A DNA stretch of 64,000 nucleotides from Ylistrum balloti. Lineage: Eukaryota. The notes under the pieces were generated by a model. It saw only the letters and a program-made list of their open reading frames with translations, was not told the origin of the DNA and searched no databases. The position numbers and the translations under genes were made by a program. Shown piece after piece: positions 26,191 to 40,439 of this stretch. The number at the start of each line of letters is the position of its first letter. Position 1 is the stretch's first letter. Location of the stretch: contig NW_026782426.1 of the NCBI RefSeq assembly GCF_031769215.1, positions 620,001-684,000 of the forward strand, given 5' to 3'.

Positions 26191-27272
26191 TAACTAAGTA
26201 ACACTTATAGGAAAAGGGAAAAAAAGACAACCTTTATCCTTTTCCCTATATTTATGTTCTGATATCAAATTTTCTTTGATTTATTAAAAATTCAGTCTCA
26301 ATTAACTTCACTATACAGAGAAACATGTCATCAGGCCATTGAAATTTGCCTGTACCGTTCTATGTTCCCTAGATATTAAGTTGTATGGTTTGGTTTAAGT
26401 CTGTGTCGTAAATTGTGGTATTTGTTGTTGTGTCTGGCAATTAAACAGTAGAAGTTGCGCAGACAATTTACTTCTAATGTTATGTATGTATGATTCCTAT
26501 AAAACTCTAATCTGGGTTGAACCAAGGAACAGGTCAGTATTTCAGTTAGCGACAAAGTGCAGAAAGCCTGCGAGAGGTTTCCAACACTATACTGTTCTGT
26601 GGTTATTTAAGATGTTATAAATGATTATTTCATGTTGAACCTCACATTAAGGATGTTAATCTTGGGGCTTTCAGGAAATTTGGTGTACAGACAAACATAA
26701 AAGGTTAACCCGCCTTATCTTGCTGCATGTACCCTTATGAACCCAGCACACTCCTCATCAATCAAACACAAAAAAAACAAACTTTCACCAGAATAAGATT
26801 TGACTCAGAGTGACATATACGTTTGACACTAGTATAGCATGAAAACAGTTTCCCCTAGGATCTGATTAGACTAACCGAACATCAAAGTGAGGATTGGTCC
26901 AAGATAGAAAATTTGCTGATTAAATTGTTTCGACTTTTGATCTGCTCCATGTTAGAGGAAGTCTTAATCACTGATAAGTCAATCATTCATCACAGATTAA
27001 TTAAACTCCTTCACCCCTGGTTACCATAATTGGTTCTCCCACCATTTTGTCTTAGTACAGTGCATTTCTCATCATAGGGATGTTCTTTCAAAGCAATTTC
27101 ATTTTTTTATACAGGAAAACAAGATCTTAAGTTTTACAAATAGTTTTGTTCTTAAAAGAAAAAAAAAGGTTTTGGAAACTTTTCATAAATATCCAACATA
27201 ATCAAAGGAAAATCTGATATGTTTTATGGCATTAGTATGATAAAATTTCAATTTTTTCTTTTCCTGTTTTTA

Positions 27273-29000
27273 TAAAGAGCCAGTAAACATGTGTTGTTAT
27301 AAAGGCCTATAATGATGTGTTGTTATAAAGAGCCGGTAATGATGTGTTATTATAAACAGTCTGCACTGATGTGTTGTTATAAAGAGCCAGTAAGTATGTG
27401 TTGTTATAAAGGTCTTTAATGATGTGTTGTTATAAAGAGTCTGTACTGATGTGTTGTTATAAAGAGCCAGTAAGTATGTGTTGTAATAAAGGCCTATAAT
27501 GATGTGTTGTTATAAAGAACCTGTAAACATGTGTTGTTATAAAGAGCCGGTTAACATGTGTTGTTATAAAGAGCCTGGAAACATGTGTTGTTATAAAGAG
27601 CCAGTAATGAGGTGTTATTATAAAGAGCCTGGACTGATGTGTTGTTATACAGAGCCAGTAATGATGTGTTATTATAAAGAGCCTGTAATGATGTGTTGTT
27701 ATACAGAGCCAGTAATGATGTGTTGTTATAAAGAGCCTGTAATGATGTGTTGTTATACAGAGCCAGTAATGAGGTGTTATTATAAAGAGCCTGGACTGAT
27801 GTGTTGTTATACAGAGCCAGTAATGATGTGTTATTATAAAGAGCCTGTAATGATGTGTTGTTATAAAGAGCCTGTAATGATGTGTTGTTATACAGAGCCA
27901 GTAATGATGTGTTGTTATAAAGAGCCTGTAATGATGTGTTGTTATACAGAGCCAGTAATGATGTGTTGTTATAAAGAGCCTGTAATGATGTGTTGTTATA
28001 AAGAGCCAGTAAACATGTGTTGTTATACAGAGCCAGTAAACATGTGTTGTTATACAGAGCCGGTAAACATGTGTTGTTATAAAGAGCCTGTAATGATGTG
28101 TTGTTATAAAGAGCCAGTAATGATGTGTTGTTATAAAGAGTCTGTACTGATGTGTTGTTATAAAGAGCCAGTAATGATGTGTTGTTATAAAGAGCCTGTA
28201 ATGATGTGTTGTTATAAAGAGCCTGTAATGATGTGTTGTTATAAAGAGCCTGTAATGATGTGTTGTTATAAAGAGCCAGTAATGATGTGTTGTTATAAAG
28301 AGCCAGTAATGATATGTTGTTATAAAGAGCCGGTAATGATGTGTTGTTATAAAGAGCCTGTAATGATGTGTTGTTATAAAGAGCCAGTAATGATGTGTTG
28401 TTATAAAGAGCCTGTAATGATGTGTTGTTATAAAGAGCCTGTAATGATGTGTTGTTATAAAGAGCCTGTACTGATGTGTTGTTATAAAGAGCCTGTACTG
28501 ATGTGTTGTTATAAAGAGCCTGTAATGATGTGTTGTTATAAAGAGCCTGTAATGATGTGTTGTTATAAAGAGCCAGGAATGATGTGTTGTTATAAAGATC
28601 CTGCACTGATGTGTTGTTATAAAGAGCCAGTAATGATGTGTTGTTATAAAGAGCCAGTAATGATGTGTTGTTATACAGAGCCTGTAATGATGTGTTGTTA
28701 TAAAGAGCCAGTAATGATGTGTTGTTATAAAGAGCCAGTAATGATGTGTTGTTATAAAGAGCCTGTAATGATGTGTTGTTATAAAGAGCCTGTAATGATG
28801 TGTTGTTATAAAGAGCCTGTAATGATGTGTTGTTATAAAGAGCCTGTAATGATGTGTTGTTATAAAGAGCCTGTAATGATGTGTTGTTATAAAGAGCTGG
28901 TAAACATGTGTTGTTATAAAGAGCCGGTAAACATGTGTTGTTATAAAGAGCCGGTAATGATGTGTTGTTATAAAGAGCCTGTACTGATGTATTGTTATAA
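27273..29000. repeat. 27-bp minisatellite ATGATGTGTTGTTATAAAGAGCCTGTA
   Basis: About 64 units. Produces stop-free frames on both strands (CCYKEPVMM and ALYNNTSLQ). Confidence 0.97.
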
Positions 29001-29589
29001 TCCTACAGTAATTTACTTACATGTCTCTTTATTTCCTTCCAGTATAGGCGACAATATCCTTAAATCAAATTTAATTCTTTTAACATGAGATCAATATGGC
29101 AATCCTTCACTTACAGTAAATAATCTATGTAATACTTGATGAAAGTTTGTAAAATTTAACAACTTAACTCTACAGTGTTAAATCAATAGACAGCACAGTT
29201 TGGTTATAACTCCTTGTAAGTTGGCAAGCTCAGTAACTTCATGCTAAATTAGCTGGTTTGTTTGATTTCTTATTCGTGTACTAAACAACCTTGTAACTGC
29301 TTTCACTCATCCATCAGTTCCTGAGCATCAGCTCGGAGAAGGTTTTTACAGTCTTTTCACACAATCTTAAACACGATGCATGGGTAAGCAGGCCCATGAG
29401 CTGATGGAAACCCTGATAGGAATGGAGGAGAATATTTTTTTTCAAAAACACTTTTTTAAGACATACAAATGTCAGATTGATTTATAAGTGTCTCCTAAAA
29501 CAATACAGACTACACTGAGCAGGTCTGCAACTTTCTGTTAAAATCTAAGCAAATAAGTTTATCTGAATGTGAGTCAAATATTTTGATAC

Positions 29590-30300
29590 CATTACTGTTT
29601 AAAGATCTTTAATAAGAGACAACTTATATAAAGATACCACCTGTACTAAGAAAGCAAATATATCATACGACTACCTCTATTAAGGGACCACCTATATCAT
29701 GAGATTACCTCTATTAAGGGACCACCTATATAATGAGATTACCTCTATTACAGACCATCTATATCATGAGATTACCTCTATTAAGAGACCACCTATATCA
29801 TAAGACTACCTCTGTTAAGAGACCATCTATATCATGAGATTACCTCTATTAAGAGACCACTAATATCATGAGATTACCTCTATTAAGAGACCACCTATAT
29901 CATGAGACTACCTCTATTAAGAGACCACCTATATCATAAGACTACTTCTTTTAAGTGAACACTTCTATTGAGAGATCCCCTATATTTACAGACCACTTCT
30001 AACAAGAGACTGCTTCTATTAAGATGCAACCTTTCTCAAGTGACCACCTCTATTAAGAGGCCTGCTCTATCAAGACACCACTTAGTAAGACCCCATATTC
30101 ATTAGGACACTACCTCTAATAAAAAAACCACTTTTATCAAGAGACCACCTCTGTTAACAGACCACATTTTAACAGGCTATTTTTTAACTAGAGACTGCTT
30201 CTATTTAGATACAACCTCTATCAAGAGACCACCTCTATTAAGAGGCCACCTCTATCAAGAGACCACTTCAATTCAGAGTCCACCTCTGTTACCAGACCAC
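29590..30300. repeat. Degenerate ~16-17/33-bp array GAGACCACCTCTATTAA derived from the MITE subrepeat
   Basis: Its reverse complement matches the AGAGGTGGTC core of the MITEs at 17210 and 23596. Confidence 0.75.
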
Positions 30301-30756
30301 CTCACAAACACTGGAGATCAAGCCATTTAAGGAAATGAGAAGAATCAATGTTTGACTGTAACATGGTGCCAAGAAGTGGTCAAATTCCAGGCCATATAAT
30401 ATCACGAGGTTACATCAACAGATAATTCCAAGCTTCCTGTACAGTATGTAGATAAACCTGTAATATCTGGAGTAAACATTACATATTATTCCTATAAACA
30501 TCTTCACACATCACCAGCTGTTCCTCTCACCCATCAACAGTCCCATGTAAAATCTACTACTCAGACATGCCAAACCACACGTACACAACCAAAACCTCTA
30601 CACCACTTACAACAAGAAGGGAAATACTTGTGTTAATTTTAAACATCAGATATTCTGTTTGATTGAGAAACATATCATAAACAATTTTACATAGAGTAAA
30701 CTTGCTGATGAAAAGAATGACTCTTGGTTTCTTTGAAGTTTAAAATTAGATCAGAA

Positions 30757-31379
30757 CAGACTATAGTGTCTAGAGCAGACTATAGTGTCTAGAGCAGACT
30801 ATAGTGTCTAGAGCAGACTATAGTGTCTAGAGCAGACTATAGTGTCTAGAGCAGACTATAGTGTCTAGAGCAGACTATAGTGTCTAGAGCAGACTATAGT
30901 GTCTAGAGCAGACTATAGTGTCTAGAGCAGACTATAGTGTCTAGAGCAGACTATAGTGTCTAGAGCAGACTATAGTGTCTAGAGCAGACTATAGTGTCTA
31001 GAGCAGACTATAGTGTCTAGAGCAGACTATAGTGTCTAGAGCAGACTATAGTGTCTAGAGCAGACTATAGTGTCTAGAGCAGACTATAGTGTCTAGAGCA
31101 GACTATAGTGTCTAGAGCAGACTATAGTGTCTAGAGCAGACTATAGTGTCTAGAGCAGACTATAGTGTCTAGAGCAGACTATAGTGTCTAGAGCAGACTA
31201 TAGTGTCTAGAGCAGACTATAGTGTCTAGAGCAGACTATAGTGTCTAGAGCAGACTATAGTGTCTAGAGCAGACTATAGTGTCTAGAGCAGACTATAGTG
31301 TCTAGAGCAGACTATAGTGTCTAGAGCAGACTATAGTGTCTAGAGCAGACTATAGTGTCTAGAGCAGACTATAGTGTCT
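30757..31379. repeat. Perfect 19-bp tandem array CAGACTATAGTGTCTAGAG
   Basis: 623 bp, about 33 copies, with no visible variant. Confidence 0.98.
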
Positions 31380-32489
31380 GTTTACATCATCAGAATTTAA
31401 TTATCACCTCAATGTATAGATGTCTTTACAACATAAGTGTAAACAAGCTTCAAAAAATATCTTCCAAATCTAATCCTACATTTTTTCATCGATCTCTCTT
31501 TTCACTGTAAAATCCTTTTCCTCTTTTGACAGATGACAGTCCAATATACAAACATTACTCAACCTATAGACAATCAGCACTGTCTTGGAATCTTTCAGCC
31601 TTAATACATTGATATAACCCAGTTTTGTTAGTAATCAAGTACACAAAATGACCTTGACCTTTTCATAACCTTCCATATATTTATCTGTAAGTGATTTTCA
31701 GTGTCTGAGATACCAGTATATCATACACATTCACAAGAAGGAGACTTATAAAATATACTTATATCAGTTGACAGAAACAGATTGACCACTCTGAGTCTCC
31801 AAATATAGAACTTGAGTTCCTTCTTTATAGGTTAAAGGTCAAAAGTAAAAAGTAGAAAGTGATACAGATATTATTCAGGGTTGCAACCTTATTGAAAATG
31901 GTTCTCTGATTTGATGATGGTATTTTTCAAGATAGTTAAATAATGTCTGCTTTATCCGACAGTTGCATTGATTGATAGCTATGAACAGCTGACTGAAGCA
32001 GAAAGACAACTTTCACTCTCCAAATGTAGAACATGAACACCATTATTACAGGTTAAATGCTGAATGAGAAGCATACAGGATGCCTTAAAGAAAAAACACT
32101 TTTTTTAATTAGAGTTACTTCCCTTTAGGGAATGTTCATTAAACTGATTGTATGTTTCATAGTAGCAATAATATGGCCTTTTGTGTCTACACAGCCTTAT
32201 TTGTTGGTTTTAAACAGTTTAAAATTAATAATTTCATTTCCCAGAAATCTTCAAATTCATTAGTTTTAGAGTCTAGGAACAGATAAATATTTTTTACAAT
32301 GATGTAAAATCTTGTCATTCATATAAATCTGTATGATTCATGAGATAGTTTTCTGCGGAAGTCATTTACGAACAAAGATGTACTTCATTTGTGTTTGAGG
32401 GTGAAACAGGATGACATGTTAAATACTCATAAAATGAGGCAAATTAATGTAACAAGATTAATTACGAAAGCTTTATTAGTGTTTCCATT

Positions 32490-33048
32490 ACGGAGTTGGT
32501 TGGCTTTTTGTGATTTTGATATCTTGAATCAGTGCCGCCATTTCTTGATTAGATTAATCTTTGAGTGCACTTTTAACCACAAATGGAATCATTATTCTGT
32601 TTTCTCCACAATACAGACAAACCTCGGTATTTTCCAATTTTTCGTCTGTGTATTTATAGAATTGTTTAATTAATAATATTACTCGACATTCCCAGTTTTT
32701 ATACAATGTGATTGCCATCGAATGCTGTAGGGTTTGTTGGATGAGAGGAGATGTCGGGTAACAATTCACTTCTGTGTGACTGAATTATCTTCACTCACTT
32801 GAGCAAGCTTCGAACTGTTTAAGTGTAATTTTGACACAGTAAACAGTGTAATTGTACCATAATTCTCGTGAAGAAAACCTAGGGGTATGGTACATCACTA
32901 TATAGCTAAAAGTATGGTAGGTGGGCTTATTAAATGACAATGTTGTAGTATCTGTTGTTTTATTCACTGAAAGTGAAAAAGAACAGGATGGTCTTATTAC
33001 CAGACATGTGCCTCTTGCAACATAGATAAATGTATGTAAAGATGGCAA
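32490..33048 (-). pseudogene. Unidentified fossil reading frame
   Basis: ORFs 32791-33048 and 32554-32769 are in the same frame, giving about 186 codons with 3 internal stops. Confidence 0.45.
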
Positions 33049-35759
33049 TTTTTATTTCCTGACAAACATATCTTGTTTCCAGTTAAAAGGTCTTTTTAAC
33101 TACAAGCAATTCAAATTTTACAGAAACTGTACATCAAGCTAACAAAACATTTAAACATCAGTACATCATCAAACCAGTGATTGATTTTCAAACTAAACAT
33201 GTAATTTTTTGTGTAGCATTTTATGACTATAACAAGATTTTCAAACTGAACAGTCAACTTTTAACTCTATTTTATGAAATTTCATCAAACTCCACATTTT
33301 TGTTGTTAAAACTCATAATTCACTCTGAATTTCTTTCTTTTTTTTTTCTCTCACAATAATAATTTCAAATATCATTTGTTACTTTATCAGCTGGTTTGCT
33401 TTCATATTTTGGGTTGTTTCCATTCAAGTAATTTGTCTCTGTGAAGAGCAATTTGACTTTTTTTCACTTTTGTCTTTACTTTTGAGATTGTTTCCACACA
33501 AATGTCAAATAAACCATTTAAGTTTGCGTTTTTGTTACACAAACATTAGTGGCTTTATTATCACTGTAATTTGTTTGGCAACAATTTAAATTGAAATGTT
33601 ATGAAATATCTTTTTCACACAGAAATATAAATTACAAAGGAAAATCCGTAGATTCTCATAATACTGAAGATGCTTTAGCTATGAACTAGATTTTAACATA
33701 CTAAAACTAACACTAAAACAGCATCGTACTTCTACGATGTCACAGGGAGATCGTTAACAGGTAGTATTACAGGTAGATCGTAAACAGGTAGGAAGTGATA
33801 CAGGTAGATAAAACAGATTGAGTCACCTGGATGCTGACATATAACCATATATATAATACCTGTACATAAATATTTACCTACATAGGTGTTACCTGTATTA
33901 CGAAACAGGGTGGATCTTTTATATGACACCAAATTATCAAGCTTCCCATGGCTTATCTGTCCATTAAACCTCTTAAAGGTTGTGGGAACGTAGAGAAACA
34001 GAAAATGACAAGTTACATCTCAATTATATATGAACTTCTGAAAGATGTAGAAACACATAAATTATCAGATACCATGACAGATTTAAACGTTAGGAATATA
34101 AGCTTACATCTTTCATCAACTTGTACAAATTTGTCTTCATTATTTTTTTTCTTTGGAGCTGATGAATCTAAACTAATCTTGCAGACTGTTGATGTAAATA
34201 AAACACTTGCTGTCAAAATGATGACCTAGAACAAAAATGTCATCCAATCAAAATGCTTATAGAGTTAATTGAAACGTCAATTATCACAAAAAAAGTGTCA
34301 TTTCTTTTTCTAAAGTGTAATCTTAATTCACTTTCTCTGTTTTAGACATACACACAAACAAACAAAAAACACTCACCCAGTGTGATTCTCTTTCTGATAA
34401 AATTTATTTTGCAGAAAATGTTTGTATGTCTGTATGCTAACATTGTTTCATGTATTTGTCATGCCTGCAAAGAGTTCTGGACATTCAGAAATGTCTACAA
34501 TCTAAATTGAATCGGACAGGTCTTGAATAGCATTGTCAACAGGGAAAGATTATACCAGTTGACTGTTGGAAGATGTCTCTGTTTCAAGCTTTTTTATGAC
34601 AGAGATTGTTTTGTGGGAGGTTTGACTGCTGATCTGTATCAGTTCTGCTCTTGTCGAGGTCTTTAACAACTGAAACAGACTGATGTTTTTTTTAGTTTTG
34701 CCATCTTTCTTTGTCATTCCTTTGTCCTTGGATATGGCTTTTTTATGATTCAGATAAATTCTATTCATCATGGTATCTCACAGATTTACACTAAATCCTT
34801 GGTTCAGATCTAGCATCCTAGAAAATCCTTTTCTATGCCCCTTTTTGACAAACTTCTTATGTCATTATCCATTTATATTAAATCTCAAGTGCTCAACAAC
34901 AATGTTTGAAAAAAAAAAAAAAATTAATAAAAATTTATCATAAAAAGCACATGTAATTTTTTATGGTTTGTTTATAAAGGAGGTTGTTCAAACTAATCCT
35001 AGCATTTTATTCCTCTCTGACATAATCTTCCCGAGCCTTTAATTAATCTAGTTCATCTTTTAGATTTCTGTGTATTACACTGATAAACTTTGGTTATCAA
35101 CAATTTCAAAAACATGAAAATCTACTCCAGTCTGACAAATGTTGTGATTAAAACGTTATCTATTTTTTTTTTTTTTTTGAAGGAACGGATTCTTCAAGAC
35201 AGAATGTCTTTGTAAAATTCAAACTCTCGTTTTTAATTCATCTGGAGACGGTTTTCTTTATTACCCAAAATATAAGCTCTAAGCAGCAATCGTTTCAATT
35301 TTTGAAAAAAAATTTGATAATTCTTATGAATTAAGAATTGTGTTCAGCAATGCAACTTTGAAAAGAATTTATACAGCTGACTAATTCACACAGAGATGAT
35401 TTATTTTCACAGAAACTCTGATACTATTTTTACTTCATTTTAAAAATAATGATTTGTTGATAATTAAGAATTGGGATCTTATTCTAACGGTCCATGAGTA
35501 GGAAATAAAAACCAGAAGAAAATCTCAAGCAGTATGGAAAATCTTATGGAAACCTTAAGCTTGGACAGAAACTTGATGAAAATCTGGATAGATCAAGGAG
35601 GGAAACTTCAAAAAATCTTTTGGAAACCTCGGAGAAGGAACAGAAATCTAATCTTCAGCAGGGAAAGAGATATTATGGAAACCTTCAGTATGATCGAAAT
35701 CTTACTGAAAAGTTGAAAAGGTATAGGGATAAATGATATTTTGCACTACATCTGAACAA

Positions 35760-36060
35760 GAAATGTGATAGTCTATAGGATAGGAGGGAACAGTTAGAGG
35801 TATATTATCTCTCCCTGGGGAACCCCTTTTTTGTCTGATAGTCCTACTCTCTGGGATTTCTCCATCACTTACACAGGCCTGTATGTTATGACTTGAGAAC
35901 CATTTTTCTATCACCACATCCTGTGTTGATTCATACCCTCCCAATATTGACAGCGACTGTCTGGGATGATAGTAACTGACCCCAAGCTTATCACCATACT
36001 GCCCAGAAGACCAATGTCCACTACTAGAATGTACTGGCTGGCCTGAGCCAATCTTCAGAG
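35760..36060 (-). mobile_element. Decayed LINE reverse-transcriptase fragment
   Basis: DKLG...EKWFSSHNIQACVSDGEIPESRTI frameshifts into KKGVPQGEII.L*LF (GVPQG at 35812-35826), the canonical non-LTR RT motif context. Confidence 0.65.
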
Positions 36061-37029
36061 AGTTTTCTTTTGTCAGAAAACAGATCAAACATCTTTCATG
36101 GAATACTAGTCTTCAAAATAAACAACCTGTATTGATATAGATTAGGTTAACCACTGGTCTGCCTGGAGGAGGGATCAAGCCCTTTATACTGGTAACCTCC
36201 ACCTCAAGTATGGTCAGTTTCATCACAACTAATTTATAAAAAAATCTCTTGTTTTCTGGACATATTCATAGGATTTTTCATATTTATTTTAATTTCCAGG
36301 ATATCAAATATATCCTTTTCAACCAAGTCTGAGCATATGTCATAGATTTCAGAATATTCTAGTTTTGTCACAAAGCTAACAAAGCTACATACATATATTT
36401 CCAGGAACAGCTATTATTATAAAGTCTTGTCAGTTTAATCTAAAAATTAACCATTACATTAAAATTTCTAATCTTTCTAAGTTAACAAACAAACCAAAAA
36501 AAACATTTTTGTCAAGTCTGGACAACGGATTGGAAAAAAATATTCAAATCAACCATTTTTTTTTATCACAGGATTTTTCAGTTAAAATTTTTTAGCCTAC
36601 AAGACGATTATAAAAGTGAAGAAATCAACACCAACCATACACAGACTTAATCATGAATGTTAATTACCTTGACTGTGGTCATTTATAGTGACACTGAACC
36701 AATAAACATGTCCATTAGGGGCTGAAGGAACTCCCTAATGGGACTGAGGAACCTAATAAATGGTCAGGCCCCCTTCCTGTGAAAATAAACATTAAGGTCT
36801 TTGAGGTCTTAGTTATACATATAGAACCATTGGATTGTTTTACAGTTATCACTTACACCATTTTAAACAGAACACACATGTTCTGTACACCAAAACATCA
36901 TTTACATAAAGAACTAGCCATTAAGCAAGGCCATTTGAAGGTCAATCTTTGATATACTAGATCATTGGTAGTTTTAAACTATCTAACTGATGTCCAGCAC
37001 TGGACATTTGCATAAATGGCTGACCATCA

Positions 37030-37385
37030 TCTGTCATGACTAGGGTTAATTCAATGTCTTGGTCATTTGAATGTTTTACAAGTTATCTGTCATCCTATGT
37101 CTTGGTCATTTAAATGCTTTAATGATTATGTATCATGTCTAAGGTTAATCCAATGTTTTGGTCATTTGAATGTTTTACAAGTTATCTGTCATCCTATGTC
37201 TTGGTCATTTAAATGCTTTACTGATTATGTGTCATGTCTAAGGTTAATCCAATATCTTAGTCATTTGAACGTTTTACAAGTTATCTGTCATCCTATGTTT
37301 TGGTCATTTAAATGCTTTAATGATTATGTGTCATGTCTAAGGTTAATCCAATGTCTTAGTCATTTGAATGCTTTATAAATTATCA
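37030..37385. repeat. 99-bp tandem repeat
   Basis: About 3.5 copies, visible as a 33-aa periodicity in ORF 37067-37378. Confidence 0.9.
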
Positions 37386-38869
37386 GTTTCTGCCATAGGT
37401 TTCAAACGTACAGTCTCTGTCTGATTTAAGTCCTTGTCAAGGTCACTTTCGTTTCACGACTATCTATTATGAACACAATTACAGTTCTAAGACTGACGCC
37501 ATTTTTTGACTTAAGAATATTCATTTGTCATCTATTCGAAAAGACGGAAATGTAAAACAATGTTATATAAAGGTCTCAAAACCTTCAAAAAACGACTGAA
37601 AAATCAGAAACATTTATTTTCGTCTGTGACCTTGAAATTGTTTTCCTTCACAACTAGACACATATGTCAAACATAAATAAGTATATTGTGAACAACAGCC
37701 TCAGTATTGAGTATGGTTGACAGTTTAACAAATGAAGAGGCGGTTGTTTTAACGATCATTTTTCACTTTGCTTACCATGAACTGTCTAATAAATACAAGT
37801 TATGCGATGTTTTTTCCATAAATTTGAAATGGAATTAAAACAAAACTGATGCGAAAGACCTTGTTGTTTGCTTTCTCTATTTTTCTGGTAATTTGAAGAG
37901 GAATATGAACAAACCTTGTGCCAATGCCAAACACAATTACCGTTCCTTGTTCCTTTTAGAATTTCCTTGTTAACCAAACATGATATACTGTTCACTAAAC
38001 CATCACCTCCTTCTTCCACTTTTGTGAATGTATAAGTAACAGTGAGTGTAACCCTGTAAATACCATGTAAATTGAAGGTTCATGTCACTATCTAAGTATA
38101 AGATGAAAATTGATAATGTTTCAAACCTAAATATCATGTTATATTTCACAAAATAAATGTGCAGTGTTTTTGAGTTATGCAGAAATCAGGTGTTTGAAGT
38201 AAAAGATGTTTCCCTAGGAATGATGAAAAAGGAATGTCCAAATAAGACACACAGAAAATACTAACATGTCCACAGAATCTAAAACTCAAACTCAATGAAA
38301 CTACATCATTAACTAAACAAGCATTTACATGTAGACCTTAGAACAAATACAAGGGGAATAAGACCAGGTGTTCCAAAAGGATAAGTGTCTTCCATTTCGT
38401 TGATGACATGCATCATATAGATCTTGGTCTATCAAAATTCTGGGATGAGACCAGATCAGAACAATGTAAACATCAACAAAAATCTTAATAAAACTTTACC
38501 ACCTATTGGTACACTAGTATAAATAATCGTCATGGAAACAGGTTGTAAATCAATCCATTCCAAAAAATAGAATTCAATCCATTTCAAAAATAGAATTCAA
38601 TCATGTGATCAATTTGAAAAAGTTGAGATGTTCATGATAACAATTTTGTTACCTAAGTTTGTTATTATGCAAATTTATTCATAAATATAATTATGATAAT
38701 TTGACTGACCAACGTCAATACAATAATACGACAATACAAACATATGTCTCATTCAGATATATATGGATAAAACTTTCAGTATTTATAACTTAATTAAATT
38801 CATTTACAACTTATTAAAAGTATGAAATTATTAAGTGTGTTGATTAAGAAAGGTTGAAATAACACTTAC

Positions 38870-38944
38870 CGTCCCCCTCTGTATCTACTATGAATGAGCT
38901 GTATAAGGTTTGCGAGAATCAAAAAACCTTTTACAACTTTAAAT
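38870..38944 (-). other. Candidate upstream exon (75 nt)
   Basis: Acceptor ttttctcacgtgtctcag| and donor ACG|GTAAGT. Confidence 0.35.
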
Positions 38945-40439
38945 CTGAGACACGTGAGAAAATGAATTATAATACAAATATACTTAACACAACAAATTTG
39001 CATTCATGTATTCATATCAAAGTTTAAGACGCTATAAAAAAGACACAAAACAGTAATCAGATACAAAATACGCCTTGCCAAACCTTTGTGCTCTTCCAAA
39101 CCCTAACCCCTTTAAACATGTAGATAGATTGGTCCGTAAGGCTCAGAGGAACAGTCCATATGAATAAAAAGGGTATGGATGCTCTGTGTTACTTTAATTG
39201 GCATATAAACCTAAATAGGTTTAGGGTCTCATCTAAGATTGCTACCTGAGATTTTTCAATGATTTATTAGGTGTCTGTTTCATCAGCTGTTCAATATACC
39301 TGTCGTTTATTACAATTACGAGCTTTAGTCTGTAAAATACCTTTTTATATTAACCAGAATAAAAGAATAGTTTTAAAATTTATATGGTGAATGATTTAAA
39401 TTGAATTGATTTGCACACTCCTGGTTTAACAAATTGACAAAACATCTTGGCACCATTTACATAAATTTCCTTCCATGTCAATCATGTTTTTACCTGTTCA
39501 GGTGTAAAAACAGATGGTGAATGCATTCATCACTATACAGATACAAAACAGTATGGTGTATATAGGTATAGTCTACATTTCCTTTGTGTTGATAAAAGCA
39601 ATTAGGACTTTGTTCAAACATGCCTGCAATTTACATTTTCTAATTCATTATTTCTTTATTTACGTTTAAAAGTGTCTTCAGACAGTTTACAAATTTGGCT
39701 CCAAAGCTTTTCAACAATGTAATCAATACAATTTTACCATTGTGTATGTTTCCGAACTGTGGGCCTGTATTCAAATTTTACTTTATTTACGGAAATTTAA
39801 AATTTAAAATGATCGTTTATCCCAATAACAGGAAGTCATATTACACCTGTCAGCCTAATATATTGAATAACTGCATAAAAAAATCTGTCACCAATTATAT
39901 CCATACAGGTGAAATATTAGTTTACCTGTACAGGTTACAGATACCCGGACATCAACAACTATAGTTCGTAATACCCATCTGTTACCATTACATTTATGCG
40001 TCATTGTTCCCCTCATCTTTCAGGAAATTGTGATACTATGATTACATACTAAAGAATTTTATTTTTATCTAAAACATCAAACTTCCAGCATTAGGGTTCT
40101 CAAAGAGTTTTGTTTTTTGTCAAAACAGATTAACCACAGGGAGAGTCAGACCTCAGAAGTAGATGTAACACAGCAGTTTTAACAACCAAACTGTTATTAC
40201 CAGAGTTTTGTCTCCTAGTTTCGGTTTTCCCACTACAGAACTGTATTACAAGATTTTTGTATAAACTTATTATAATTATGACGCAGCTGTTCCAACCAGA
40301 GCTCCAATCTTTACAAGATTTAGCCTTACATAATGTTTAATTGGCTATTTCAGCTAGAGAACTACAAATTGTTGTATAACATAACCAATAAATACTGTTT
40401 TTAAATGTCCTGTAATATGTCCTCCCCCTGATTTTGTGT

